DNA of 64,000 bases from Takakia lepidozioides. Taxonomy: Eukaryota > Plantae > Bryophyta. The translations under genes were made by a program, and so were the position numbers. This document shows, piece by piece, positions 12,700 through 26,097 of this stretch. The DNA lies in assembly GCA_030704615.1 (NCBI GenBank), contig CM060733.1:11470001-11534000 (forward strand), given 5' to 3'. The notes below the pieces were generated by a model. The model saw nothing but the letters and a program-made list of their open reading frames with translations. It did not search any database and had not been told where the DNA came from. Position 1 is the stretch's first letter. Each line of letters opens with the position of its first letter.

Positions 12700-14400
12700 C
12701 CACACATATGCAGCCATCACAGCCTCCAAACTGTCGCCCTTTGCCCATCATTTGCTCATAGGTATCCAAAGCCTCCATCCCGTGAATGTGCAACCATCTT
12801 ATCAAACACTGCCTTTGCATCCTCGATGGACCCACATTTGGCATAAAAGTCAACGAGGGTATTGTTCATAATCACATCTGGTACAATTCCAGCTTTGGCG
12901 ATGTCACCATGCACCTCTTTGCCCTTTTCCAGGGCTGCTAGGCTTGCACAAGCATTGCGAACGCACACAAAACAGGATGTGGTTGCACTTCACCCCTTCC
13001 CCCATCAATTGCTCATACGTCTCCAAGGCCTCCATCTCGTGCCCCTGCTGTGCATACCCTGCAAGCATCGTGTTCCACGACACCACATCTCGTTCAGCCA
13101 TAGTGTTGAACAATCCCTTCGCATCCTCAATGCTCCCACATTTGGCATACATGTCCACCAGGGCAGAGTTCAGAATGACATTGGGTACAATTCCAGCTTT
13201 GACAATGTCACCATGGACCTCTTTGCCCTTTTCCAGGGCTGCCAGGCTTGCAAACGCACACAAATGTGACATGGTTGGGCTTCACCCCTTCACAGATCAT
13301 TTGCTCATAGGTCTCCAAAACCTCCATCCCGCGCCCTTGCTGTGCATATCTAGCAATCATTGCACTCCACAACACCACATCTCGTTCAGCCATATTGTCG
13401 AACACTCCCTTTGCATGCTCGATGCTCCCACATTTGGCATACATGTCCACCAGGGTATTGTTAAGGATCACATCTGGTACGATTCTAGCTCTGACGATGT
13501 CGCCATGCACCTCTATGCCCTTTTGCAAGGCTGTCAGGCTTGCACACGAACTGCAAACGCACACAAACGTGATGTGGTTGGGCTTCACCCCTTCCCCCAT
13601 CATTTGCTCATAGGTCTCCAAAGCCTCCATCCCGCACCCCTACTGTGCATATCCTGCGAGCATCGCACTCCACGACACCACATTTTGTTCAGCCATATTC
13701 TCGAACACTCCCTTTGCATCCTCAATGCACCCACATTTGGCATACATGTCCACCAGGGCAGTATTCAGGATGACATCTGGTAGGATTCCAGCTCTCACGA
13801 TGTCGCCATGCACCTCTTTGCCCTTTTCCAGGGCTACTAGGCTTGCACACGCACTGCAAACGCTACAAACGTGATGTGGTTGGGCTAAATCGCTTCCCCC
13901 ATCATTTGCTCATAGGTCTCCAAAGCATTCCTACCACACCCATGCTTGGTAAATCCTGCCAACATGATATTCCACGTGATCAAAGATTGTTGAGGCATTT
14001 TGTTGAACACTTGGTGAGCATCCATGATGCTCCCGCACTTAACATACATGTTGACAAGGGTGTGGAGGAGAAAACATTTGGCGTGAATCCACTTTGGATA
14101 ATGTGAGTGTGCACTTGCTTTCCAACTTCCAGGCCTTTCACCTTGATGCACTTATGCAAGAGACAGACATGTGTTTTTGAATATGCTGAAATGCCTCTTT
14201 GGTTTAAATTAAAGTTTGTAGAGCCTCTTTCAGTCTGTGTGCCTCACAAGGCATCTTCACATGCCCAGAAGTGCCAGAAGAGGCTTGTGGACTCCCTCTC
14301 TTGATCCTCTTCCAGAAGCTGTGGTCTTGGTTGAGGTGCTTGATTTTATCAACTGTGACATTGCAACTGCTGCCTTTAGTTGACCATCTACCCATGCAGG
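12700..14400 (-). pseudogene. PLS-class pentatricopeptide-repeat (organellar RNA-editing-factor type) pseudogene
   Basis: About 4 PLS triplets, e.g. ACASLAALEKGKEVHGDI / VILNNTLVDMYAKCGSIEDAKAVFDKM / DVVSWNTMLAGYAQQGHEMEALETYEQLMGEGVK, broken by frameshifts. No E/DYW domain visible. Confidence 0.92.
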
Positions 14401-14499
14401 TTTCTTGTAGCTATTGATCCTAGTTAGTGCCTTACTCTATCAATGTGCTGCTGCCGCTGCTGTTTCCAATTGACCATCTACCCACTTGTAGCCGCTGTG

Positions 14500-15120
14500 C
14501 TATTGAAGAAGGTGCCCCCTTTCCCCCATTTTCCAGAGGTCCCAGGCTTGCACATGCTTTTGCAAACACAAACACCCACGCGTGGTAAATCCTTCCAGCA
14601 TTGTATTCCATGAGATCAAAGATCGTTGAGGCATTTTGTTGAAAACTTGGTGAGCATTCATGATGCTCCCGCACTTAACATACAGGTTGACAAGGGTGTT
14701 GAGGAGAAAAACAGTTGGCCTGAGTCCACTTTGGATCACAATGTGAGTGTGCACCTGCTTTCCAGCTTCCAAACCTTTCCTCTTGATGCACTTAAGCAAG
14801 AGACAGACATACTTATCTAAATATGCTGAAATTCCTCATTGGTTTAAAGTCTGTAGAGCCTCATTCAGTCTGCCTACCTCACAAAGCATCTTGACATGCC
14901 CAGAAGTGCCAGAACAGGCACTGTGGACTCCCTCTCTTGATCCTCTTCCAGAAGTTGTGGTCATGGTTGAGGTGCCTGATTTGATCATTTGTGCCGTTGC
15001 TGCCGCGGCTTCCAATTGACCATCTACCCATGCAGGTTTCTTGTAGCTATCCTTCCACAGGGAATCATAGGTGATCTGGAGCTTGAAATCCGGCCCGCTT
15101 CGATGAATCTCAACCCGCAC
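14500..15120 (-). pseudogene. Second, truncated copy of the PLS-PPR N-terminus and first repeats
   Basis: VKMLCEVGRLNEALQTL*...LKCIKRKGLEAGKQVHTHI...LLNTLVNLYVKCGSIMNAHQVFNKMPQRSLISWNTML is a paralog of 13950-14400. Confidence 0.85.
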
Positions 15121-15386
15121 TCTATCCCTGCTCCTTCATTCCAGAGCTTCTCTTAGTTTCTGTTATCTGTTTTCAGTACTTTCCTGTTGCCACATAGGTA
15201 GTAACATGTCAAATCACTTCAAAACCCCCGGTACCATAGATCCACCAAGAGCTAACTTGCAGAATTCAACATGAAAATTAGGGACAACTCTGATAACAAG
15301 GAAAACAGGCTGAAATGTATTGAAGAAGGTGCCTCCGTTACCGCTGCCTAGTTCTATCAACCGAGTCTGATGGGAGGGAAAAACAG

Positions 15387-15746
15387 GCTGAAATAGGTCA
15401 AAGAAGAAGGTGCCCTCACCACATTGTCCTCGACCTTGTGTCATGACCCATGGAGGATTTGACTGACCATGAACCTAAGAGAACCTCTTGTGTGTGCTGC
15501 TTGTGTCTGTAGTCAGGTAATGTCTGATTGGTCTATGAGAACCACCACGGTCCAGCTGAACGGGCAGAAATTGAAGCACGGCCTGCTAAGACCAAGTTGA
15601 CTCTTCCAAGAACCTTGTAAACATCAGGAAGGATACCAAAGCACGGTACTAACAGGACATTTGCAGGATGGACAAACTTCTTCATATCGTACATTAAGAA
15701 AAAGCCACACCTTGCGATTGCGGTTGTCCCACCATCGTGAAGGATC
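15387..15746 (-). repeat. ~360-bp non-coding module upstream of PPR fragments (copy 1)
   Basis: Near-identical to 41118-41491 and to 63703-63770 plus 63839-64000. Its ~45-bp end is present inverted at 6888-6930. Confidence 0.88.
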
Positions 15747-15776
15747 ACAGTCCCTAGGTTGTCCGAGAAACCTATA

Positions 15777-17100
15777 GCACATGTACATCAGCTAACAGTA
15801 TCGTAGGTTTCTGGTTCTCCTGGCGTGTAGGTATTCAGCTAATAGCTGGTGCTCCAAAGCAAGGAGCAATCTGGAGAGCGATCGAAGCTCACCGAAGTAG
15901 ACATGGTGAGTCAGCCTGCACTTAATTGCAGACTAAGCTGCAGCTGCATTTCTTGACATGTACGCCTCATCAAGTGGCTGTCTCACTTAGAAATGAGGTT
16001 CATGGAAACTGACGAGGAGGCAAAGATTATGGTTAATGTGAGATGGTGCAGTCTATTGCCTGCAGTTGTAATAGAGTGGGTGTCTGGATGATTATCTTCT
16101 ATGTGACAGTCTTATGTACGCTAGAACTTACAATGGAATTTATCCAGTACATGTACACACCAGCTGACAGTAGCGTAGCTTTCTGGTTCTCGTGGTGTGT
16201 AGGTATTCAGCAAGTACTAGTTGCTGCCCAGATAAACTGGTGGGGATTTTCAGTGAATGTGACTGTCAGTAGGTCCAATATTTTGCTCAAGAAGACTAAG
16301 CTGCAGCTGCGTTTTTTGACATGTACACCTTATACTTGTTTTTGGTAGTAAGAACCTTGCCAGTCATCCACTGGCTACAAAAATACAACTATTCCAAAGG
16401 GTTCTCTAATATAATCAGTTCTTTCCTTTCCCATTGCACTTTTTGACCAGATCATATCCTCATGAAGGTTTCACAGGCTACTAAGGGCAAAGGGATAATG
16501 CCGAGTCACCTCCAAACAATTAACTGCTGTTGAGGGAGGCAAGGATTCAAGCAAACAATGTCAAATTGCAGGAGCTAGGCCTGCCACCCATTGCAATACG
16601 CAGGGCGGTACCAACACAGAAGCCACGGAAATTGGCAGCAGCACGAACAGTCCAAACTATTATTCCAGATCACCAAGTTCCTGGTGTTGAGCCTCATCAC
16701 CAAGTTCCTGTTGTTGAGCTCCCCACAGGTTGAATTTTTCGTCCTTCTCTCTGGCCAGACTCTTGAGTTTTTTGTATTGTTTCTCAGAATCTTTATCCGT
16801 TTAGTAGTTGAGCAATTATCTGCTTTTCTGATTTGGGTTGCTGACTTGATCTGATGGTGCTTTACGTTCCATGTAGTTGGCATTTCGAAATCGGTAGTAG
16901 CACCAACAGTCCAAACTATTACTCCAGATCACCAAGTTCCTGCAGTTGAGCCACATCACCAAGTTCCTGTTGTTGAGTTCGGGCCCACAGGTTGAATTTT
17001 TTCGAACGTCATTCTCTATGGCCAGAGTCTTGAGATTTTTGTAGTGTTTGTTAGAATCTTTATCCGTTCAGTAGTTGAGAAATCATCTGTTTTTTAGATT
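15777..17100. repeat. Two local direct duplications
   Basis: 15777-15965 ~ 16149-16330 (catgtacaYcagctRacagta...gactaagctgcagctgc) and 16645-16830 ~ 16905-17095 (aacagtccaaactatta...gaatctttatccgtt). Confidence 0.75.
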
Positions 17101-17247
17101 TGAGAACCGGGAAGCTTACTCTATCCTATTTTGGCTTTTTTCAGTATCTCGTTAAGCAATTTTAGCATCTTTGGTTACCAAAGTATTTTCCTGTCAAATT
17201 CTGCTGGAGCTCAAGCAGTTTTTCATGTTGATACTACATCTCCCACC

Positions 17248-18960
17248 ATGAGTATTAGAAAGTCACATGCGCCAGCAGCACTGGTAGTGTCAAGCTCTCG
17301 AGGCCTGGCTATAGAGGCTAATTGTAAAATGGAGGTTGCTAGCTGGGGAGCTCAGAAGTTAGCTGAACACATCTGCTCACTACTCAGCACCAATGACTAT
17401 TACGAAAGGCTAATTGAGGAGGATGTGAGTGGTGCTGATTTCCTTGAGGTCAACGCTGAGGAGCTTCTGTCACTCGACATTAAAATCTTTCGGCATCGCA
17501 AGGTGCTCCTATCGTGGATCAAGAGTCTTGATCCAACAGAGGAGCTGGATCCATCAGGTATGAACCATGGCCCTGTTGGGGTCCAATTGCTCTGCTTTTG
17601 TTTCTATGGATTTGAGGTTCAGATCAAGTCATATGTACATACAGCCTCGTGGGCAATCCCTGCAACCCAAGTCTGCCTCCCTTGCAGCAGGAGATGTGGG
17701 CTCAACAGTGGCAAACTTGGCTGTAGCACAGAGAGGACAAGACTTCCCTACATTGCAGGCGGCCCCCCTCCTCCTCTAGCCCCATCCCAACAGCAACAGA
17801 AGGAGTTACAGCAAAAGCAGAAACAGCAAGAGCTCAAAAAACAGCAACAACCGCTGCGGCAGCTCTCCATGCAGCACTTGCCATTCAAGCCTGAAGCAGC
17901 CTTGCAATCCCAGTATGGAGGTTGGTGTTTGTATCTCTGCCATTGTTTTAAATAGACTCTTCCCAACCACATTTCTAAGTTTAATCTGTGCATGTTAATG
18001 TGATAGATTTATTTTTGGTTGATGATACAGCCTGTTCTTCCAGCCCCATCCCAACAGCAGATGCAACAAATCGGTTGGCCTGGCTGTGCAGATGCAACGA
18101 ATGATCCCAAGTCTGTGGAGGGAATTGACCCTGGCCCATCCTATGAGAGGATCTTCAAGAAGAAGAGAAATTCAAGTCAGGGGGAGCCATTCACCATATG
18201 GAAGAGACTATTTGAGGCTGTATCACCCAGCGCAATGGAGGGTGTACAACCAAAACATCAAGGCGGTCCGGGGGTGGTTTGAGAATGCACAGGATCCAGG
18301 GATTACATCATTGTTGGAGAGGAGTTTGCGGCATAATGTGGAAGGTCAAGACGCCATCAAGCGCTTTATCCACGAGAGTGAGCCAACACTGGCAGGGCTC
18401 CTGTTCCTGTAAAATGGGAGCATGCTTACTATGCGCTGGAAAGAAGAGGACATTTATAATTGGCTTAAGGAGTATAAGCACTACAAGATGCACCAAGCCG
18501 TGGTAAAAGGAAGTCTTGCTCCAAAGATGCATGTATCCAACGAAAATCTTGCTCCAAAGATGCCTGTATCCAGCGACAATGACACTGACACTGACAGTGG
18601 CCCTCTATACACCTTTAAAAAAGGGTATGTCGAAATTTTACAGTACTTGTCATTTTTCATTCCGCTGTTGTGATTTAGTCTAACCATTAAATGTGCATTG
18701 TGGTATTTGTGTGAGTGACATGTTCAGTAGGAAGGTCCTTCCTATCCCAGCAAGGGAATACTTGGAAATGATAGGGCATGGCGAGATTGATCTTGGGACA
18801 AGAGCACAAAAAACGAGCAGTTTACAGGAAATTGAAGCAGCTTTCACCACTGGCCAGCGCAAGAGAGCCCCAACAAGAACTCTAGTCTCCAAGAAGAAGC
18901 AACAATGCAAGGTTAGAGACTGGGTGGGTCAGGTAGTCAAAAACCAGCATGGGGTTTGAG
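17248..18960 (+). pseudogene. Multi-exon gene remnant: sterile-alpha-motif (SAM) domain, Q-rich linker, unknown C-terminal domain
   Basis: WGAQKLAEHICSLLSTNDYYERLIEEDVSGADFLEVNAEELLSLDIKIFRHRKVLLSWIKSL matches the SAM consensus W...dva.wl...l..y...f.e.eidG.dll.lt.eeL..lgi...ghr.kil..i..l. Plausible GT-AG introns at ~17558-17644 and ~17922-18030. In-frame stop at ~18410. Confidence 0.6.
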
Positions 18961-21512
18961 ATGTGTTTTGGATTGGAATGGAGCGTGGATAGGAATTTAG
19001 TAAGGTATGTTTCTTTTGTATCAATGGAAGTTGACATGCATGGATCTGAACAAATGCAGGGCGACCGTCTAGATGAGAGACCAACTAGAGATCAACCATA
19101 GAAGGAAGTGAATGGACCAGCGAGGTAAGAACCCAGCTGCTGACAACCTAGTGGTTTTTGTAATCTGTTCTAACGTTCTAACTTACATTCCGAGAAATCT
19201 GCTCATTATAGGTAGCAGATCATAACTTAAAAATGTCAAGAAACAATCATGAGTCAAGTTTCTTGTAGTGTCTTGTGGCCAAACCATATGTGCCATTGTC
19301 TAACTGAATAGGCTTGTTTGTTTTTGGGCTTACAACCCCTTGTAGTCTAAAGAGACCCTGAATTATTGTCTGCTGTATATATTAAGTTACAATCCATCTT
19401 GTTTTTGTCAAAGTGAGGGAATCCTTTTAAAATGATGACTGGAGCTCATGCAGAAACCAGTGACATTTGCCATTTCTAAGAGTTTCAATCTTGACAAGTT
19501 TGCTGGGTTTTCAATTTTATCTGATCTGACCTGCAGGTTCCTTGCCTTGTAAAGAGAGAGCATGCCATGGATCTGCTTGGAAAGGGGTCAGGACTACTGC
19601 CCAAAGATGAGAGACCAACTAGAGATCAACCATATACACTTGAAGAATGGAATATATAGAAGGAAATGAAATACCTAGAAGACCTTGAAAACATTGAAAC
19701 ATTGAAATATTGAAAACATTTCAGCAATAAATTTCAAAATTGCATCACTCTAATATATGTAAACGTCCCAGCAAACATCCTACCATTGAAAACATCCCAC
19801 CATTGAATAATGTAAAACATTTCAGCATTGCATAATTTGAAATTTGCTTGCATTGGATAATGTAAAACATTTCAACATTGAATAATGGGAAATTTCCTAG
19901 TAGTGCATAGGCTGTAATATTACATACAATTAAGGCATCAAATTGCCACATTAACTAAGGGACCCTAGCTTCATGTTGAGTTATAAGGGACTGTGCCATT
20001 GGCAGTGATTCCCATGTCAGTGCTAATTGTCAGGGAAGCTGGGTGGTAAAGTATATGGCTTTTGCCTTATTTGAATGATTCACATGCCCCTTGTGGCTGG
20101 GCAATATGTTTCCTTGCGGTGGGCCACACTCAGACTGGACGTTTGATGGATGCAATGTCGGCTCCACACTCCACACATGTCTTTCCGCCGCAATTTATGG
20201 GAGTTGCTGATAATGGGTACATGCAAGCCTTTCAATGAAGGCATCAACTGCATGCAGGCTGGTGATCCACCAAGCTCAACCTGCAGTACACTCATGTGTG
20301 GGGACAACAAAAGCTAGCTTCTTTGCCTGTTGCAAGACAACCTGCTGACAGGAGGGCCTTCCCACAGCCTTAATCCTCCTTCTCACTCTTCAGCCAAAGA
20401 AATGCTGCCAATTCATTATTCAACAGCAAGTAGCATAACGTAATTAATTACTTATCTTATATGGTAGAATGTATAGTAAACCCTCTTCAATCTGGGATCA
20501 TAGTCATTTGCCAAACCGTTGGTTGCTGCTAATAGGGAGTAATTGAATCCCTCAATGTGATAGTGCGAGTGATAATGTTGCTCGAGTACCTGGTCTGATT
20601 GGTGAAGTATGTCATCCCCAGGAAGCTGCAGTAAATAGGGCCATGTGAAGTGAGGGATGGTAAATGGTTGTAAGTTATGTTGTCCCTCAAAGCACATCGA
20701 ACTGCCATCCAACCAGCAGCCTCCATGATCGAGCCATGATCTCCTTGCCAACATTAAGAAAATATATTCAGTTAGATATTAATAGTTATTCAATCAGTTT
20801 TATCTAAAAGTAAGTAGAAAAAAATATAGGGGGTAAGAAAAAAAATACCGCATAAGTTACAAATACGAAAAATAGCCACATGGCCTAAACAGACAACCAA
20901 AAAAATACCACATCAGCTGGAAAAACAATATATATCTCAAAAGTCTGTTAATTCTAATTAACCCTACGCGACCAGTTTCAGGTCGCACTGTTTGAATGAA
21001 CCAACCTAACTTTTGCAGATGAAGTTTTTTTTACATTCATACCTTCTGAGCATTTATAGCGCATGAGGTAGCCCACCTGCTCCAATTTATTGCATGCATT
21101 TGGAGCAAGCATGCTACCTCCAGATTTTTTTCAAGGGACATGGGTCAGAAAAATATTGGGTGGAGGGGAGTTCACTGAGCCAGGGATGCCAAAACTATTT
21201 GATACTACTCGACCTATTTGAAATTCGGTTTTCACCGATAGATCCTATTGAAAATTTTCCTAGTGCTTAGGGGTATTTTAAGCCAACCGGCCCTCACCAT
21301 GTGTTGTTATGGTTTTTGGGCCGACACTTTTTGGAGGAAAGCTTGAGGCTTGAGGGGTGAATATGTCCACCCTCACCAAAACACATACAACTCAGCCTAT
21401 GAAGTAAAATGTTGGTTTGATATGAGATTTGGCATGCACTTTGTGTTTGTACTATACATTAAACTCAATTTTATCTAATTCCAGACTTTTGGCTTAAATC
21501 CACTAAACTTAA

Positions 21513-22339
21513 CCCTTAACTTCTTACATGGTTCATTTTTTGACACCTAAAATTTACTACCCATGACCAGTAAAATGAGCTATCACAAATCATTCAGAAA
21601 AATGAACCTTACACATAGATGCGCACATGGCATCTGCATTCACTCACCAAAAATGAACTTGTTTCACCGTGAAATGTGGGAGATTATGTGGTTTTAGAGA
21701 GGATCAATTTTTTGTTTCTGTTTTTGAAAACATGGTTTTTTAACCTTGAGTCTTGACCAACTAATTTGAGAGGTTTTTAGATTTTTGTGGAGTGTTTAAT
21801 CCACACATTCATAATATGTGGTAGGATTGACATGACCATGCAAAAAATGAGGGGCGAATGTCAGGTTTAGCATGGGGGTGCTTTGTATGTGTTTCTGGGG
21901 GGGTTCAAACTACCTTCATTTACAGTATTTGGAATTTGGCCTCCACAAGATGCTATGAAATATTGCTCAAATTCCAAATCCCTCTAATGAGGGAGTGACT
22001 CTCTTCACACCTACACCTTGGTCCAAATTATGCCCACACCCAATGGTAGAAATTATAAAAATTGACCCCCGGTTGGCCTGAAGTGTTGTTTAATCAGAGA
22101 TGGCCACGTAGCAGTCAACTCTGCGTGGCCCCCCTCCATGCAAGAGCACATCTGACCCTGCGGTTTGGAAATTTATGGACGTGGCAGACTTTCTCCAAAT
22201 GGCATGGTGCCAATTGGAGACAATCTGTCATGTCGTCAGATCATTTATTGCTGAAGAAACAACCTAAAAATATTAAGATCTGCAAAAGTTACGTTAATAT
22301 ATCTTGAAACCTGAAATGGGTTCCGTAGGAAGTTAAGGG
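21513..22339. mobile_element. Non-autonomous piggyBac-like element
   Basis: TTAA flanks at 21509-21512 and 22340-22343. Terminal inverted repeats CCCTTAACTTCTTAC (left) and GTAGGAAGTTAAGGG (right), 14/15 matching, with CCC...GGG termini. No ORF of note. Confidence 0.72.
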
Positions 22340-22949
22340 TTAATATAATTTTATATTTAAATTAAATCAAATAATTATAATATTATGAAGAAATGAATCA
22401 AGATTTAGTTATCAAGTGAATGTAAATAACTCCAAATTTCTTAAACGTCGACATCAAAGTCAAATGACATATTAGACAATGCAAAGGATATATATTAATT
22501 AGTAAAATTTGCATGACTCCAAATTGATTAAACATCGACATCAAAATCGAATGATATACAAATTTAGCCAATGCAAAGAATATACATTAATTAGCACAAG
22601 TATCCATGAGACGTTACCCAGTACAATGTTGTCAATTAGTCTGCTATCCCCAATACAAAGGCACTACAATCCACAAACACCCTAGCCCTGAAACTAGAAC
22701 ATGTACACATAGGGCTGACATTGAGAAGACTGGGTGTGTGTCGCACGAAGATATGTTTTTGCAAATGCCTTCGTGTAGATATGTAGCTTGTAAGAATGAA
22801 GACTCGAACTTAGATAAGATAGTCTATTTTGCAAAAAAAAAAATGTCGGTCTCGATTAATCCAAACTGACTCATGCAAAAGAGTAACCACAGATATAAAT
22901 TCATGCATATTAACACATGAATACAAGGGAAGGCGAACTGAAAGCAAAA

Positions 22950-25250
22950 CGGTACTCCAAAATAAAAAAAGTCTTACTCACATGAGAAATCCAAATCAAC
23001 ATCAATAAAATGTGAAAAAATCTATGGAACCTATGGAACCTCTAGATATTTTTAATCAAAATAATTTCTCCAAACCAATGTATCAATATACTCCAAAGCT
23101 ATCAATGTATATTTACTTTTTTCAATGACTCGCTTTGCGATATGAGGTTTTGAGGTATTGTAGGGTTTAGGATAAGAAAAAAGTATCAAGAGGGGGAAAA
23201 AAGAAACAACAGTGCATTGAACCTATAAGAACGTTCAATCAAATATCTCAACCTTGAATACATTGTACCCCAAAGAAGAATTTCTTTTTTAACGATATAT
23301 ATAGGGTTTTAGGGGCAAAAAGTTTTAGAAAAAATATAAGCATGAATCACACAAAATATGCAAGAAAGTTTATGACCTATAAAAACGTTCAATCAACTAA
23401 TATTTTAACCATAATTTTATTATATCCAAAGCAATAGGGGTTTGGAGAAGTAAAAGTACTCAAGCACAAAAAAAAATTGGAAGAGTGTGTAGAACATAGA
23501 AGAATTTCCAAGTGAATATCCCGATGACTCTATCATACATATAAACTAGAATAAAATTAATCAATGAGCTTCAAAATTAATGTAGAAACTACGTTTTAAG
23601 ATATACTAGGGTTCAGAACAAGCAAAAGTGTGAATAATACAAATAATGGGATAGTGTTTAGGACCAATACAAAATTTCAACTAAATATTCCAACCACTTT
23701 TAGTAGTATGCTGCAACCTCAAAGTTAGAAAAAGAAATTTTTGAGTGAGCTTCAAACATTACAAAGATATTTTTGGAGTACTGGACTTTAGGCTATTAAG
23801 CTAAAGTATAGGTAAGAACAAATATGAAAGAGTGTTTAGGATCTACAAAAATATCAATTAAAAATTCAGACCACTTTATCTTATTATAAAGCGAGTCAAT
23901 GGGGGGGGGGAAATAATGAGCTTCAAACAATCAAAAAATATTTTTAGGGTGACATACTAGGATTTAGGGTAAGCAAATTTGGTACTATTCAATGACAAAC
24001 AAATTTACAAGAGTAATTAAGACATAGAAAATCTCTCAATTAAATATCGCAACCTTTCTATAGACTTTCCCAAAGCTTAATACTAGCCAAAAAAAAATAG
24101 TAGTCTATTCAATGTAAACAAAGGGTTGAAAAGTGCTTATAAGGAAGTTCCATACAAAATTGCTACCAAGTAGTACTAAGCAAATTATTTTAATGAGCTA
24201 ATTCAATCTTATACATGTTGGGATCAAATGTTCTGACCACGTCCCCACTCTATTGTACCCCAAAGCTGAAAAATTTAGAAATGAGAGGGGCGAAAAAAAA
24301 AAAAAAAAAAAAAAAAAACGTGACTTGGGCTTCAAACATGGATATGAGGTGGATAAAAATATCAATGAGAAACTAATATCGAATAGACATTTTGTTTACG
24401 AGGTCTATAAAAACTTTCTAAAAACAACAACACTGTATGGAACCTATAAAGACTTTCAGTCAAATATCCCAACCTTGAATGCATTGTATTCCAAAGTAGG
24501 AATGTGCTTTCTTAACAAGCTTCAAACATGGATATGAGGTTTTAGGGGCATAAAGTTTATAAAAAATAAAAGTATGAACCACACAAAAATATGCATGAAT
24601 GTTTAGGACCTATAATTTTAAAATGTTCAACAATCAAGTCAATATATTCTAAACATTGTATTATACCCAAAGCTCGAAAATTGATTTGAATGAACTTCAA
24701 ACATTTGAATGAGGTTTTGCGGTATAAGGTTTCGGATAAACAAAAGTACTACAAGTACAAAAAAACATATGGAAGAGCAAGAAATTTCAAATAAATGTCT
24801 TGATGACTATATCATACATGTAAGCTGAAAAATGCAATTAATTGAGTTTCAAAATGTAGCAACTACGTTTTTAGGCTATAAGGTTAAGTCTCCGGCAAAA
24901 GTATGAATGACAGGGGTGATAGGAGAGTGTTTATGACCTATACAAAATTTCAATTAAATATTCCAACCACTCTAGTATGCAACCTCAAAGTTAGAAAAAC
25001 AATTAATTCCGAGGGTCAAGCTTCAAACATTACAAAGATATTTTTGTGGTATTGGGATTAGGCTAAGCTAAAGTATATTAGATAAGGAACAAATATGAAA
25101 TAGTGACATTTACGACCTACAAAAATATCATTCAAAAAATCCAAACCAATCCAAAAAAAAATGTGGAAAAGTGTTTAGGAGGTTATATAAAAACTTGCAA
25201 GTAACACTAAGCAAGGTTTTTTTTTTAAATCCCAACCACTCTAACAAAAT
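22950..25250. repeat. AT-rich degenerate tandem array (~150-180-bp units) with an internal ~1.2-kb-offset duplication
   Basis: The motif (g/a)acctata.aaa.ttcaa.(c/t)aaatat.c.aacc recurs at ~23221, 23375, 23660, 23840, 24440, 24607, 24935 and 25114. The block 23220-23880 aligns with 24440-25140. Confidence 0.6.
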
Positions 25251-25490
25251 TTATTCATACAAAATTTATTGAAAGTGATCCAAATTTGGCTAGAAGAATG
25301 AACAACATTCCAATTGCATAGAACAATTTTTTTTTTAATCTCTCGTAGCCCTTGTGGTGAAGTGACACAATAAGTTACGCTCCCTTCGGGAGGCGTCATA
25401 TTTTTTCTTTATCTCTCATTCAAAGTCATTGAGGTTTAAAACATTACAAGAAAACAAGAAAGTTGGAGAAGTGTCTGCATTCATATCATT

Positions 25491-25755
25491 TTAGTTTTCA
25501 TTATCTTGATAATTTGTTGGTTCCAAATTTGCTCTAGCATTGTCCGCCTCTCGGGCAATTATCTTTTTTGTGCTTGCTTTTGTCATATTTTTTCTCGGTG
25601 GCATTGTCCATACTACATTGTCAACATGAATCCATTGAGCGTAATCCATTGGGTTGAACTCCCAATTTTTGAACCAACAATCTATGTATCTATCCGCATC
25701 CGTAGGATTGTTCATCATTTGACTCCTCCAACGGAAGATCATTTGGCCCATATTG
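25491..25755 (-). pseudogene. C-terminal part of the DUF7869-type transposon protein interrupted by the 25756-36360 insertion
   Basis: Removing 25756-36360 and one copy of the duplicated TTG rejoins ...DVVRDREDR to NMGQMIFRWRSQ...YIDCWFKNWEFNPMD... in frame. Confidence 0.6.
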
Positions 25756-26097
25756 TGCACCTAAGCATCGTGCTACAACATACATCGCTGTCCAACCACA
25801 CTTCCTAGCATATAGTCCTAGAAAGCCACGCCACAATCGCCCCCCTAGCTGGTGATTAGGTCCCTCTAACACCGGATAACTTGCAAGTATCCACCCCAAT
25901 AAGATCATCGCTTGGTCTTCAATCGCACAAGTCTCAACACCTGAAGTCGATAGATCAAGAGGCCGGGTGCAAACGTAGCCCCATCGTTAGTCGCCTTCAT
26001 GCATCCATGATCTTCAGTTGAGTATTCATGGCATTGAAGCCCCACTTGCTAGACCTTGGATCACTTGTCCGTCTTACCATTGTCATGTCCGCTACCT

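Noticed and set aside
12862-13783. Long plus-strand ORFs over the PPR region (also 63132..63740 and ORFs antisense to pol genes)
   Set aside because: These are antisense shadows of minus-strand coding or repeat sequence.
12700-15120. Functional PPR-DYW editing factor
   Set aside because: Multiple frameshifts and stops, and no E/DYW domain in the window.
20080-20754. Short minus-strand ORFs possibly from a hAT-like transposase
   Set aside because: No diagnostic motif could be recognised with confidence.
25378-25398. GC-rich hairpin as a Helitron 3' end or terminator
   Set aside because: No CTRR terminus at the expected distance and no matching 5' end; rho-independent terminators are not relevant in a plant nuclear context.
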